Part shown: positions 25,800 to 38,914 of the stretch, piece by piece | How positions within the stretch are numbered: position 1 is the first letter of the stretch | How the letters are laid out: every line of letters starts with the position of its first letter | Assembly (NCBI GenBank): GCA_026770705.1 | Contig: JANJGN010000042.1 | Coordinates: forward strand, 3,720,001 to 3,784,000 | Reading direction: 5' to 3' | DNA from: Isurus oxyrinchus | Taxonomy: Eukaryota | DNA: 64,000 nucleotides | Notes under the pieces: model-generated | Database searches by the model: none | Told to the model about the DNA's origin: nothing | The model's input: only the letters and a program-made list of their open reading frames with translations | Program-made: the position numbers and the translations under genes

Positions 25800-27000
25800 G
25801 ACAAGTGATAATAAGAAATTGCAACATCAGTAAGCCATTCGGCCGTTCAACCCTCCCCCCCCCCCATTCAATAACACCATGGCTGATCTGCCCCAGGCCT
25901 CAACTCCTATGTACTGCCAGCTCTCCATGAAGATCAACTCACGATATTTCAATAATCTATCCATCTCTTTTTTAAATACCTTCAGAGATCAAGCCTCCAC
26001 AACTCTCTGGGGTAGAGAATTCCAGTCATTCAATACTCTCAGAGAGAAGATATTCCTTCGCAACTCAGTTTTGTATGAGTGGCCCCTTATTATGTAACTA
26101 TGTCCCCTAGCTCGAGATTCCGCCACGAGATCGAACATTTTCTCAATATCCACCTGCCAACAACCCCTCCCCTCAGGATTCTGTTCATCTCAATAATATA
26201 ATTCCTCATTCCTCTAAACGCTAATAAATAAAGTCCTAGTCTGTTCAGCCATTCCTGATAAGTCAACTCCTTCATCCCAGGAATCAGCCTAACGAATCCG
26301 CTTTGAACTGCATCTGATGCCAATATATCATTTCTTAAATACGGGGACCGAAACTGTACATAGCACTCCAGGTGTGGCCCCACCGAAGCCAGCACATTTG
26401 TAAAAATACCTCCCTATTTTTAAAACTGTAACCCCCTAGCAACACAGGCCAAAATGCCATTTGCCTTCTTAATTACTTGTTACATTTGCATGTTGACGTT
26501 TTGTGTTTCGTACACAAGAACAATCAGATCCTGCATGTTTTTGGGGTCTCTCTCCATTTTAATAATAGTCTGCCTTTTGATTCTTCCTACAAAAGTGAAT
26601 GACCTCACACTTTCTTGCATTAATCTCCATCTGCCAAGTGTTTTTTTTTTTTCCCACTCACTCAACCTATCTACAACCCCTTTTATATTCCTTATGTCCT
26701 TTCACAACATGGCTTCTCACCTATTGTTGTATCTTCAGCAAATTTGGATACATCACACTCTGTCCGCTCCTCCAAGTCATTGCAATAGATAATAAATAGT
26801 TTAGGCGCCAAGACTGATACTTCTGGCACTCCATTTGTTGCGTCTTTCCAATGCGTCTGAAAAGGACCCATTAATCCAGACTCTCTGTCTCCTGTGTGTT
26901 ATCTAATCCTCAGTCCATACTAATACATTTCTCCCAATACTGTGAGCTCTTATCTTGTGCAATAATCTTTTACATGGCACCGTATCGAATGTGCCAGTCA
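25800..27000 (-). mobile_element. CR1-type LINE RT and 3' end
   Basis: ORF 26090-26395 (PHLECYVQFRSPYLRNDILA...RLGLYLLAFRGMR) and SKFAEDTTIG at ~26740. Confidence 0.9.
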
Positions 27001-27779
27001 AGCGCATTGCTTTGTCCTGGATAGTGCTGAGGTTCTAGACGGTAGGTCATCTTTTGAGTTGCCTAAAATCATGGGGAGCTAACGGCTCTCCATTGCATTC
27101 TCCATGGCTGCGCTCGGCCAATCAGCTTCGAGTTCCTTTGATCGTTTGCAATTCGGGATTCATGATGAGTGCAAGACAATAAGCTTCCATAACTTATCCC
27201 TCATTTTCAGCAATACACGTAATTCTGTACTACCAAGTGACAACTTGTGACAGATGTTCCTCATCCCTGTCATCATTTCAAAAGCTATAAAATCCTTGCA
27301 AAATGTTCTTCCCAGAGCTGGACTCAAATGCTCCAGCTGAGCCAAACCGTTCTTGTGTTTTTATCATAGATTGCTACCTATATAATCAAGCTTCCTGTAT
27401 GCCGATTTATAAACATATGGAACATGTATTTTGCTCCTGCAATCCCATTACAATCATATCCTTTATTCGAGTTTTCTTATCCTTATTCTTCATTCGAAGG
27501 TGATTCACTTGACAGATAGCTACGTTAAAGTTAAGCTGCCAACTTGTATGCCCATGTTATAAATCTGTCCATGGTTTTTGGAAGTTCAGCACCCCCGTCA
27601 CATTAGTTTGCAATATTTCCAAGTTTTGTCACATCTGTAAGCTTTGAAATTATGTCACGTACACTCAAGTCAAAGCCATTATATATATCCAGAAAAAGGG
27701 TGCTGACACCAACTCCTGGCGAAATCTTCCTCCAATTTGAAACATTTTTTGACTCGTCAGGTCACTTTTTAAGAATACT

Positions 27780-28210
27780 GATGTAAGAGGAAAACAGCAA
27801 TTTATACTGCATGTGAAGAGAGTGCTGATTGCTTGGCAAGTGGACTCCGGCAGAGGAATTATCATAGAGAATGCACGAATTATGGCGACTGAAAGTTAAC
27901 TCCTAAGCTTTGTTTGAAATTTTAGCTAGGCAGCTTGGCCTTGATTAGTCAATGCATTGCCTTGAGGAATGAGTCAGCGAATGGCTGTCACTTATTGTAT
28001 TTAGCTGAACCAGGCACAATGTGTGTGCATGTCTTTTCTGCTTGCAAAGAACAGGGCCCTGTGTATTGAAATATGCAGCGTCCAAATACATGCAAATGCA
28101 CCACTCTGCAAGCCCAACTGATAATCTGAGTTGGTTGTCAGCGTTATTCCTAGCGCAATTAATTTTATTTAGCAAATGTTCTCGAGTTCCGAATCGCATC
28201 CAATTTTGAA
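27780..28210 (-). mobile_element. Penelope-like element C-terminus plus terminal repeat
   Basis: ORF 27945-28199 (EHLLNKINCARNNADNQ...YFNTQGPVLCKQK) is paralogous to 25200-25360. It is followed by the repeat also seen at 20290-20620 and 49080-49350. Confidence 0.75.
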
Positions 28211-28339
28211 CACTGTAATTTGAGCTTTACCAGCACTGGCTCGTTGGATATGTTCTGTATTTTGTCCGTTTCGAGGTTCAGCCAGCATCAACATTTGCAT
28301 GATTTACGTCATTTAGAAACATTGTGTTTCACTTTCTTA

Positions 28340-28760
28340 CCGCTAAATTGCACGACTTCACATTTCTGCACTTTGTACTCCGATAGAAATTCCACTCCCT
28401 TAACCTTTCGACATCAATTTTCAGCCTCCTTGCGATCTCCTCACAGCTTGCACCCGCACCAAGCCTTGAATCGTCAGCAACTCTGTTATTTTCCAGGTCT
28501 TTTCCTAAGTGATTAAAGCAAATTGTAGCAGAGGCCATCATTGAAAGTTGTGGCACTCCACTAGTGACAGCCTGCCAGCCTGCCACCCTGAAAATGCCCG
28601 GTAGCCATATTATTTGCTTCCTCGACATTGACCGATCTTCTACCCATGCTAATGTATTCGCTTCAAACCCATGATTCATCATCTTGTGAACTAACCTTTG
28701 TGTGGAATCTCAAGGGATTTAAGTTCGAAATCCAAGTGTACGGCATCAACTGGTGTCAAA
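28340..28760 (-). mobile_element. CR1-type RT fragment
   Basis: GWQAVTSGVPQ...VADDSRLG...DVERLREW (ORF 28329-28682). Confidence 0.75.
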
Positions 28761-31700
28761 ATGTGTCAAAAACGATGTCACTATCATAACCCATGAAGAT
28801 TTCCTCCAATCATAGCATAAATATCTTAATGAATTGTTCAGAATTCTAAACAATCGATTCCCACAGTTCCTAGCGACCGAAGAAAGGCTCATTGCAATTC
28901 TGGTCTACATGTGGCATTTATTTTTTACCATTCCTATCTGTTGAAGTGCAAATACTGTCTGTCTCTCCTATTCGAAACATCTTCCTGGAGCTAATCTTTA
29001 TCAGGTTTTGCAGTCGTCCATCTTCAACAGCTTTGTTCCCTCCACAAATTCAGCCATTGTTGTTGTGTCTTTGAGCTTCGGGACATTATCAACTGCATTA
29101 AAAAAATAGGTTCAAATAAGGAGACTCTAGGATATCCACTTTAGGCCAATTCATCTCTGTATCCATGCCGTATAGGCACTATGCATCAACATGCTAGTAA
29201 CACCTTGTGAAATATATCCACCGATTCTAGCAACTGATTCCTAGATGAACTACGTGCAAGGACTGAAAAAGCCAAGTGTATCGCATCCATTAAATGGATC
29301 CTACCTGGTGAAGTTGAATGGCACAGACTCCCTTTCATGGACATATATCCACTATATATTGAGATTACTTTGCATCCATCTGTTCCATGGCTTTATTTGC
29401 AGCAACGGTTGCTCAGGAGTACACACTCTGAACATCAACTCAATACTTTGTACTTTCCTGGATCAAATTGGCATCTGCTTTCCTGGAGAACCAGCCACTC
29501 TTTAATGGTCAGGACTTTCTCTTTAATTTGTGTGCGGCACCCTGCAATGTGCTTACGTATTTGCATAAGGAAGCTCGATTGAAGTTAACTGGCCACTTAG
29601 GTCGACGAATCAGAATTGAATATTGGACAGCTGTTCATTAACCATGTTGATCGCAATGTGACCTGAGTCACAACGATTCTCTGACACACTCTAAAACAAG
29701 TCATTTTTTTATCCATTAAATGCGTGGAGGTGTTTTAAATATCTGCACGAAATTCGCCTATTCCCACGTCTCTATACCTATAAATGTATGTATTTCTGAG
29801 TCCCAATTACTGATCATTGAAAATTTGTCTGTCTCAATATCCCACTCCAATAACATGAAAAAAAATACAATATTAATTTATTGTGCTCCCTTCGGAGACT
29901 GTTTATATATGCGAGAGAAAATGCTGGACACATTTCGTTGACTGGATAACATCTCTGGATTGAGAACAAAAAAACAGGTAACCATTTCAGGTTGATGAGC
30001 TATCAACGGAACTTCAAAAGTGTTAGGGGTGTTTTATGGACGTGCTAATTGGACATCAGTCAACATGCGTGGACTCTTCAGTGGACATATTCGTGAAAAA
30101 TTCTTCTTGAACATTTAATCACTTGAAATTTCCCAATCATCTGCAAATGTTGCGGCATCTATCTCAATGGGCATTCCTTGATTTGTGGAGCATTACCATT
30201 CTGGATGACTCCGAGTCTTAATCTCATTTAAGATCATAATTTCCAACCAATAGTTTGCCTCGGCTTAATCTTCCTACCACATTACAGCACTTCAATCTTG
30301 GTCTGAATTAAGTTACTTTGCCATTTATCCTCATGTTTTTCTGATATTCTTGTATTTGGTCACATTCATCCTTAGCATTAGCAAAACCTCAACCCTTCCT
30401 AAGTTAGCATGGTACGCAACTTTTTTTATACTATACTTCCCAGCACTGAGATCAGCTCATTCAAGTCCACGGTCGAAAATGGGGGCTAAAGTTTCTATCC
30501 CCATGGATTATTACTGCTACTTGGCACCCGTAGTAATAACTATATTCAATTCCTGCTCTCTGTATTTCTTTTCTGTTTGTTTTACTTTGGTAGTAGTGGT
30601 TAAAAAACCAATGGGAATATCTGGACATTTTAAATAAGTTATTCATGGTGACCTGTGTATGCACAAGCTGAACACGTGGTAGAAGCAGACTGGATAATAT
30701 TTCTTCCAAAAATGAATCACTATTCAGAAAGGAAAATAAATTACTATGAGAAAGAGCATTGGAACCGGACAAATGGATTAGCACTTTCAGGAAAAGGAAT
30801 AATTGGTGTACTGGCCTCCATCTGTGCAGTGCAATGCTATGCGTTGTTATCCATTCAGCTACCGCAAAGCTGAAATAAAATGTTAGTAATTTTATCCTCA
30901 AATAAATAAACGGCAATAAAATGGTAGGCAAACGTACACAAGTCAAAAAAGCAACAGCGTAAACGTAACAAAAGACACTGGATGCTGAAGACCTGAATGT
31001 TCTGATGAAATGGCGTCGACGTGACACCTTGGCTTTCCATCTTTCTCCTCGTGAGTGTTATCTGTTTCTATCTAATAACAGATACTTTCATATGGATAAA
31101 TTCCAGCTTCATTCCGACATCGCATGATTTTAAATGTATTACATGATTTGTTGTTGTTATTTTTTTTGCTGAGATTAATTGAGGTTCCCATTGGCCAACC
31201 CCTCGGTAATATCCGTGTAGATTCAATAGACCGCATCTGGATTGAAGGCTATGAGGACGATAACGGGAACATCTGGACAATAGCTCCAACATTCATTGCC
31301 CTGTTCTTCCTGAGAATTTTCGACAGCGCTGCCGTCACTCTGGTAAAGGTGAGAATATTCAATCCTAGTGGATTGAACACTACAATCTGACAGAAGCGGT
31401 TTGAAAACTTTCTAAACATCTCAACAATTAAAAACTATAATATGAATGCACCAGATCATAAACATCTGCTTCATTATTTTCTGCCTCTTTTACAGATCAA
31501 ATGATCGGTTGAATTTGGACCCTGTAGCTTTTCCTCAGCTGTGTATTCCAATATAAAATATGTTGTCTTGGTGATTCTAAAAGTGAAATGTCTTCAATTT
31601 GTGATCCCAAATCTGTAACCGAACCTGTAGCAGTATTTCCTTTTTCATGTATGAAATGTGCGAGATGATAATGGTTGTAATGTAATTGTAGCATCTAATT

Positions 31701-32043
31701 TCCCTAGAGTTAGGATTTCAATTGTAATTAAGTAACGTTTTCATTCGTTATTCATTATTGCCCGCTTCCCTTTCCTTTGAGCCACAGTTTTCTCTTTCTG
31801 ATCTATGTTCCAGTGGTACATACAATTTACCAACTCAGCGTGCATGTGTTCTGTTCCCAACGTGACCTCAGACATTATATTCACTTCTGTTAACTTTAAA
31901 ATAAACTTTCTTGTGAAATATTCTCTTATATTACTAATAAAGTAGAATGAAAAGTGGACTAACTGTGACTTTGCTGGATTCCTTTCTCCAAGGCCCATTC
32001 ACACCGCTCCATTTCCCCTATTACACATTTCTCCCAGTTTTAC

Positions 32044-32213
32044 CAGTCTTGTCTGGGATCTGTTTGCACCGAAGACCCCATTGGGCCACCCATCGTCCCA
32101 TCCGTGTAAGGAGACCTTTACCTCTGCCTGTTTCTGGCAATTGACTGAGGCGGAATGATTGAACAGGGAAGGTCACCTCGGTGATTTCACTCTGGGTGGT
32201 CACAGTCACGTGT
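32044..32213 (-). pseudogene. Isolated exon resembling the N-terminal segment of elasmobranch NACHT-LRR (NLRP3/NLRC3-like) proteins
   Basis: TACCAG|A CAC GTG...ACT G|GTAAAA gives HVTVTTQSEITEVTFPVQSFRLSQLPETGRGKGLLTRMGRWVAQWGLRCKQIPDKT. The family assignment is from recall of shark/ray NLR models and is unverified; no NACHT exon is present in the window. Confidence 0.4.
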
Positions 32214-32894
32214 CTGGTAATTCTAAACTATAGTGTTCGGCTTCATTGGAGGCTGATATAGGACAGGGAATTGGAGCAGAAAACTTCCTTTAAAATACCC
32301 CATCAAACACGCCCACCGTTGGTGCAATCAGGGTCAGAAAAAGGGTAAAGATCCCTCTGCATTGTCCGTTTAAACACTTTGAAGTTGGGATGCCACAAGC
32401 TAGATATATAACACAGGCAGAATATGGAGCACAAACCAAGGGATGTTTCCAGGGACTGGGGCGTGTCTGGCACTGATATATTATTAAGTACACATCCTGC
32501 AAATTATTACAGAGCTTTAGGTCTATTCGACATACTGGGGGTCAAAACCGTGAAAATATTCAAAGGTGGGGTCAAACTTTATGCTGTAAGTAACCATAAA
32601 CATGGGGCTTGTTCACAGATCCTGGGGCCGATCGGATACTGAGACACTGGCTTTGCATTTTCTCTTAAATAAACAAACAGACGTAGCCCGCACCTCGCCC
32701 TGGCCCACCCCTTTCCGTTTAGCATATACATGGTCCTTATTCGGGTAAACACAGGCCGACTCTCCACTTCCACCTTTTCTGTTAAATCCATTAGGGCTGT
32801 CATTCGCCCTTCTGCTGTGATAATGAACTGTATTCCTGATCAGCTCATTCCTACTAATACCATCTCCCTGAACTCGCTGAACATCACCCCAGGG

Positions 32895-33110
32895 GTAAAC
32901 ACAGAAAACGCTGAAATTATCAGCAGGTCTGATAGAATCTGTGGAGACAGAAACAGAGTGGTCTTCTCGAGTCGTTATGACCCTTCTTCAGATGGACTCG
33001 AAACATCAACTCTGTTTCTCTCTCCTCAGATGCTGTTAGGCCTGATGAGTTTTTCCAGCAATTTTTGTTTTTGTTTCAGATTTCCAGCATCCGTGGTATT
33101 TTGCATTTAT
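32895..33110. mobile_element. Palindromic Penelope-derived short element; similar copies ~33485-33690, 59110-59350, 35990-36080
   Basis: Left arm acagaaaacgctgaaa..cagcaggtctg..a.aatctgtggaga.agaaacagag is the reverse complement of right arm ctctgtttctctctcctcagatgctg..aggcctgatgagtttttccagca. Confidence 0.75.
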
Positions 33111-33739
33111 CACCACAGGGATTTCGTTCTACCTGCTTCATCGTTTCGTCAGACGATACTTCAGAGCCTCCCGATCACGGGAATAACAGCAGAAGTTTCT
33201 CTTCATATCCCACTATCTTCCAATGTTTTCCTTCTGAAACAGAGCCACTTTTATCTAATGCCCCAGAGTTCAGGCACGAGGTTCCTTGTTGTTGAATATA
33301 GGAAGGGTTAGGCAGAGAAAAATTACCAACACATCTTCAAGACTCGGAATGATATTTATGAATGAGTGAAGTTAATGCTTAAACCCTTTCTATCTCCAAA
33401 TCTCTCTCCCTTCCTCTACTGCAATGGCATTCAGGGCATCTGAATCAACAACAGAAAAGGTTCCAAAAACTCAAAGGTTCTTAAAGCATCTGTGGAGAAA
33501 AATATAGAGTTAACATTTTGAGCCTGCATGATTCTACTTCAGAGTCTTCTTATCTAAATAAAAGTCGGACAGACTCGAAACGTTAATCCCATCTTTCTCT
33601 CCAAAGGTGCTGTTGGACTTGCTGTGTTTTTCCAGCATTTTCTGTTTTAGTTTTAGATTTCCAGAAACTGAAGCAATATTTTGCTTTTTCCATTCAGGAC
33701 TTCCCTTGTCTGGTGGCTGCATTTTTCTTTCACCGCTGC

Positions 33740-34175
33740 CATTGCACATGGGATTGGGGATGATGTATTGAGATGGATAGAAAACTGGTTGTCAGACAGG
33801 AAATAAAGAGTAGGAAGAAACTGTTCTTTTTCTGAATGGCAGGCAGTGACTAGTGGGCTACCGCAGTGATCGGTGCTGGGACTACAGCTATTCACAATAT
33901 ATATTAATCAATTAGATGCGGAAGCTAAATGTAATATCTCCAAATTTGCAGATGACACAAAGCTGGGTGGGAGGGTGAGCACTGAGGAGGATGCAGACAT
34001 GCTTCAGTGTGATTTGGACAAGCTGAGTGAGTAGGCAAATGCATGGCAGATGCAATATAACGTGGATTATTGTGGGGTTATCCGTTTTGGTAGCAAAAAC
34101 AGTAAGGCGGATTATTTTCTGAATGACTATAAATTGAGAGAGGGGAATGTGCAACGGGACTTGGGTGTCCTTGTT
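33740..34175 (+). mobile_element. CR1-type RT fragment
   Basis: WQAVTSGLPQ*SVLGLQLFTIYIN...ISKFADDTKLGG...DLDKLSE*ANAWQMQYNV. Confidence 0.9.
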
Positions 34176-34520
34176 GTTTCAGCAGAATGGATGTGTGAGT
34201 GAATCACTTGTAGCCACCGGAGCAACTGAACAACTGCTTCACAGTGGGAACAGACAATTAGAGTTTCGGCGGATCCATTCTTTCTTCTGTTGTTCGTCCA
34301 GGGCTGTAAACATCATCCCAGGCATTTTCTGCTATGCCCCCGCCCCCTCCACACCGACAGGGAGATCCTGGTGTATTGGTAATGTCACAATGCGGATAAG
34401 CTAAAAAGACTGAAGAAATGTTCAAACCCCGTTACAGCAACTGGCTGAATTTCCGTCAAAAAATCAGGAGTTGAAACCCTTTCACGAATGGGGATGATTT
34501 TGGTCTAAATATGAAATCTC
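34175..34520 (-). pseudogene. Second decayed C2H2 zinc-finger fragment
   Basis: VPTVKQLFSCSGGYK*FTHTSILLKQQGH. There is also nucleotide similarity to 22225-22270 (gcaactgaac.a.t.ctt..c.gtgg.aaca). Confidence 0.45.
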
Positions 34521-34779
34521 TGGTAATCTGCAAGAATTCCCCACATTCAGGCGGCTCCACGTGATTCCATACTCACAGCAATGTGGCTGGTCCTGAAATA
34601 GTCTGGACACCGTGAGTTATATCAAACCGCTGCAGACAAGCCAAACCAGATGGAGCACTTCTCTTCAAGAACGTCCCCACCAACACCTTCCCCAGGGAAA
34701 TGAGGGATGGCAATAAACACTGGCTTTGTCCACAATGCTCCCTTCAAATAAACAATGCAAAAAAAATCCAAACCTATTG

Positions 34780-35790
34780 CATGGAAACAGAGGAACAGGA
34801 GAATGCCATTCAGCCCATCGAACCTGTCCCACCTTTCATTGTGATCATGGATGATCTTCCACTTCAACATCTTTTTCCCGCACTATCCCCATACCTTTTA
34901 TATCTTTGGTATTTAGAAATCTGCCATTATCTGCTTTAAACATACTCAATGATAGAACTTCCACAGCTCTCTGGGATGCAGAATTCCAAAGGTTTGCAAA
35001 CTTCTGAGTAAAAAAGCAATTCTCCTCATGTCAGTCGTAGTGGCTTTCCACTTATTTTGAAATTGTGTCCCCTGGTTCTAGAATCCCCAACCAGGAGAAA
35101 CATCTGACCTGCGTTTACAATTTCTTCCGTTCAGGTGTTTTGTTTGTGTTGATGAGATGTTTTTGCTCATTTTTCGAAAATCTAGAGAATACAGGTCCAG
35201 TGTCCCCAATCCTTCTTCACAGGATAGTCACACCATCCCTGATGCAAGTCTGGTGAGCCTTCGATTCACTCCCTCAATGACAATTACACCCTTCCGAAGG
35301 TAAGGGGGCCACACCTGCACATTGTACCCGAGGAGTGGCCTAACCAAGATTATATACAAAAGAAACGAGACTTCGCTACTGCTGTATCCAAATCCTCTTG
35401 TGATAAAGACTGACATTCCATTCGCCTTCCTAATTGCTTCATATGTATGTGAGGTTTCAGAGACTTATTGATGAGGGCACCCAGGCCCCCTTGCACAGCT
35501 ACATTTTCTTGGATCTGACGTTTTATGAAATAATCTGCACATCTGTTGATCATACCAAACTGGTTAACCTCACATTCTTCCAGGTTAAATTTAATCTTTT
35601 CTGTTCTGTCCCCATCACTAAGTCAGTCCAAATCGCCTTGAAACTGCTTTTCACCTTCCTCACAACACACGTTCCCATCAAGCTTTGTGTCATCCTCCAA
35701 CTTGGAAATATTACATTTGACGCACACATCCAAATCATTGATATGTTGTGAACAGCTGGCTCTCAAGTGGTGTTCCTTGCAGTACCCCAC
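34780..35790 (-). mobile_element. CR1-type LINE 3' portion
   Basis: LYIILVRPLLGYNVQVWPPYLRKGV (35228-35416), SKLEDDTKL (~35690) and CR1 3' UTR. Confidence 0.85.
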
Positions 35791-36716
35791 TGGCCACATG
35801 CTGACAAAGTTTGATATTTCACTCTAAACACCCCCCCCCACCCCAGCACCACAAACCCCACAACAAAAAAGCCCCCACTTAGGCCGCCAGCCCCCCTCAC
35901 CCCACACCTCACACTTTGAAATGACATGCTTCAGTTACTGCTGCAGCAGGAGGAAGCCTTTGGATCACCTAAGAGTGCCACAACACTGATGGAAGCCCTT
36001 GAAGCATTCGTCTGTTTCTCGCTACACAAAGGTAGCGAGGGCTGCTGATTATTCCCAGCATTTCTGTTTTTTTTTCAGATCCGAGCACATTGCACCCCCC
36101 CCCCCCCCCCCCCCCTCTCTCTCCTCTCCTGAACATCCTTTTTCAGGCTGGGTTCAGAGTGACATTTGAATTGACGAATTTCACTGGAACATAACTTATG
36201 CAGTGGAAATACACCATTATTTGAAACGAGGAGACTTGCCGCTCCGAGGTTCTGTAACTGTTCAGCTCTAAAAACACTGGAATAAAATCACAGAAAGAAT
36301 TTGAAAAGCTAACATCACTGACCTTCGAACCTCTAGAAAACACCGTCCCATCTGCAGATTGGTCCGAAATGTTTTGAACAAGGTTTCCCTGTGATACTGC
36401 AGCATGTCCGCCCCTGGACTGTAACCTGCCTGAGTGGCTTTTTCCTCCAAAACCCCTTTGCGTAATGACATGAAACTCGAGCCTGGTGGGTGGGAATTTC
36501 ACACACCATGCCCAAGGACAACAGGAGAGTTGGAATAGCCTGAAAACCAGCAGGACAAACAGGACTGAGGTAAATTACTTCCCAAATGCACCGTTTCTGT
36601 TAGTCATTGAATCCTGGCGGTGAAAGATGAAAACTGGCCTCACCCTGTGCTCATCACCGAGGTGAAGAGATTGGGAATAAAACAGGGTCAACTCGTATTG
36701 ATAATGGATATTCTTG

Positions 36717-37612
36717 TCACTGTTTAATAAATTTAACAATTACAGAAAAGGGATATTTCACCACATTCTTCAATTGCTGAATTGAGTCTGGGTCACTGCA
36801 TAAATGGCCGTGTTAGTGCAACAACTTAGGAGCTGAATTTAAATCCCAGTTCCTGCACAAACCTAGGAAGGTATACAGGAATAGCATCTAACAAATATAG
36901 TCTATTACAAACAAAATGTATCATAAAAACTACCCACAACAGGATAAAATTCCCCGATAAAGCAAATAGTAAAATGATGGATTTCCTGCGTTTCTCCATC
37001 TGTGGGTCCCTGGGTCTCTCCCCACTGCAGTGAGCCCGGAGTCTCCTGCGGCCTCTGCTCAACACTAAAATATATCTGACAGTTAAAGCGTTCAACATCA
37101 AAATCAAAACAAGTGGCGCAAATGGTGTTAAAATATAATGAAGACATTCGATTGTTGCCCACATTGATGAGAATTCAGCATCCGTCACTAATGTGCAAAA
37201 CCAAGGAGCATTGGAAAGCGAATATTGACCTACATACATAAAGTACCAGAATGTATCCTTCACACAGAATAGCAGACTGACTGTTCCGAGAACCACAGCC
37301 GCCACATGCTCTGTGCAATATTTTTTTTCAACTTCTGGGAACAAATAGCCAGAAATCTATCAAAGGTGAAAGAGACTGTGAACCAGACAGAACAATCTGT
37401 GGCCGCATAAAGCAGGACTGCATGGATATTATACACTTTAAACCTCGACAAGAACTGAAACTGAGCCCAGTAAATAATAGCAATTTGCCTGAATATGAGA
37501 TCAAGGATAACGACCAGTAGATCCGCGGTTGCCATGGACACCAGGTGAAGGGAAAGACATTTTGAGAGACCGCACCTTCCCCGAGACAGTGTCACAATAG
37601 TCAGTATGTTCA
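36717..37612 (-). pseudogene. GPR139-like GPCR exon 2 (gene D), three frameshifts
   Basis: CCTTACAG|TG AAC gives VNILTIVTLSRGRCGLSK...SVWFTVSFTFDRFLAICSQKLK. Frameshifts occur at the A8 run (~37325), at ELGF/QLLSCC (~36838) and at TQF/QLKNVVKYPF (~36778). Stop TGA is at 36719-36717. Confidence 0.93.
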
Positions 37613-38359
37613 CTGTAAGGAAGAGAAAGGCAGGATAGTTATTGTTTAACTTAGAGCAACGGTTACAGACTGATGGAGTGACATTTGAACAGAGTTATCC
37701 AAGGTCAGAATCTAATTACTTTACCAGTGTTTGAGCTTTACGCTGGAGGGAGTGTTTCGAGTTAAACACCATCCTGTTGTAGCAGGAAACCAAATCCTGC
37801 AGCAGGTCCCATCGCCACTTCCCTAAATTATTCATGGAATTCGGAGTGAAAATCATTCACCCCATTACTAGTCCTGCTCAATATCCCATGAACATGCTGC
37901 AAACTGCATCACAACGATATGTAAGATGGGCTGTGATTTGTACTCAAGGAAAATTGTTCATTTATTTTTGAGAAGACATTTGAGTGGAACATTAAGGTTG
38001 TGTAAAGAAGTAAATACAGATTTGAATTCAGAAATTGTATTTCAAATCAGGATGTCCAAATGTGCCTTGCTGATAATTATTGACTTCGCCAAAAGGCACA
38101 ATGAACGCTTAGACTGTATCCCAGTAACAAATAGACTCTCGAAAATAGATAAAGAACAGGGAGATAAATGGATCGCTAGACTGAAGAAAATAAATTAGAG
38201 ATTGAATCAGAGCTGGATATTGGCCAACACTAAGGAACAGCAGAGAGTGGCAGAACCCAAAATCAGGCTGGCTAGCAGGAGAGAATTTACCAATGGATCG
38301 GATATCTGTGTTTTGGGCCAGGAATTAAATGGGCCAGTGGTTGGGAAATGAAGTTGTTA

Positions 38360-38860
38360 CATAAGAATGCAAGAACTAGGAGCAAGAGCAAGCCATATTT
38401 CCCTTTGGCCAACTCTAATGTTCACTAAGCCCATGGCCATTCTTCGACCTCTACTTTCCAAAACTATCCCCATTTATCTTAATGGCCTTAGAGCAGAAAG
38501 ACCTACCGACCAACAGCCCTCGAGAGTTGATAATTCCGAAATTTCTCCACTTTCTGAGTGAAGAAGATTCTCTTCATCTCAATTCCAAATGGCCGACATC
38601 TTATCTCAGGGATCGAGTTCTCGACTCCCCACCTAAGGGAAACATTCTCTCAGCATCCATGCTATGAGGACACTAAATGATTTTCTGTGACACGATGAGA
38701 TAATCACACATCCTTTCAATTTAAGAAGATGCATGTCAAATTTGATTGATGGATTGATTACTTAAGTATATTTTTCCTTAGGCAAGGAGGCCAAAACTGT
38801 ACACATTAATCGATATGTTTTCTCACCAATTACATGCATAATTCTATCAAAAGTTCCTTA
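38360..38860 (-). mobile_element. CR1-type LINE 3' end
   Basis: cataagaa..aagaactaggagca tail and ggaggccaaaactgtacaca ('CVQFWPP') in reverse orientation. Confidence 0.7.
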
Positions 38861-38914
38861 CTCGAATACAGGGAAGACTGCCATTTATTATCCTATTCAC
38901 TTGCTATATTGCTG

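Noticed and set aside
30100-30640. Minus-strand peptides CPDIPIGFLTTT, KVAYHANL and KWQSNLIQ, reminiscent of RecQ helicase motifs (Academ-type transposon)
   Set aside because: No DEAH or GMGID motif, wrong spacing and many stops; cannot be distinguished from chance without an HMM search.
31050-31390. Exon-like minus-strand stretch with an ITIM-like IEYSHL
   Set aside because: A short motif expected by chance, with stops nearby and no associated TM or Ig exon.
32730-33311. 193-aa ORF
   Set aside because: Runs through a palindromic repeat element and has no recognisable domain.
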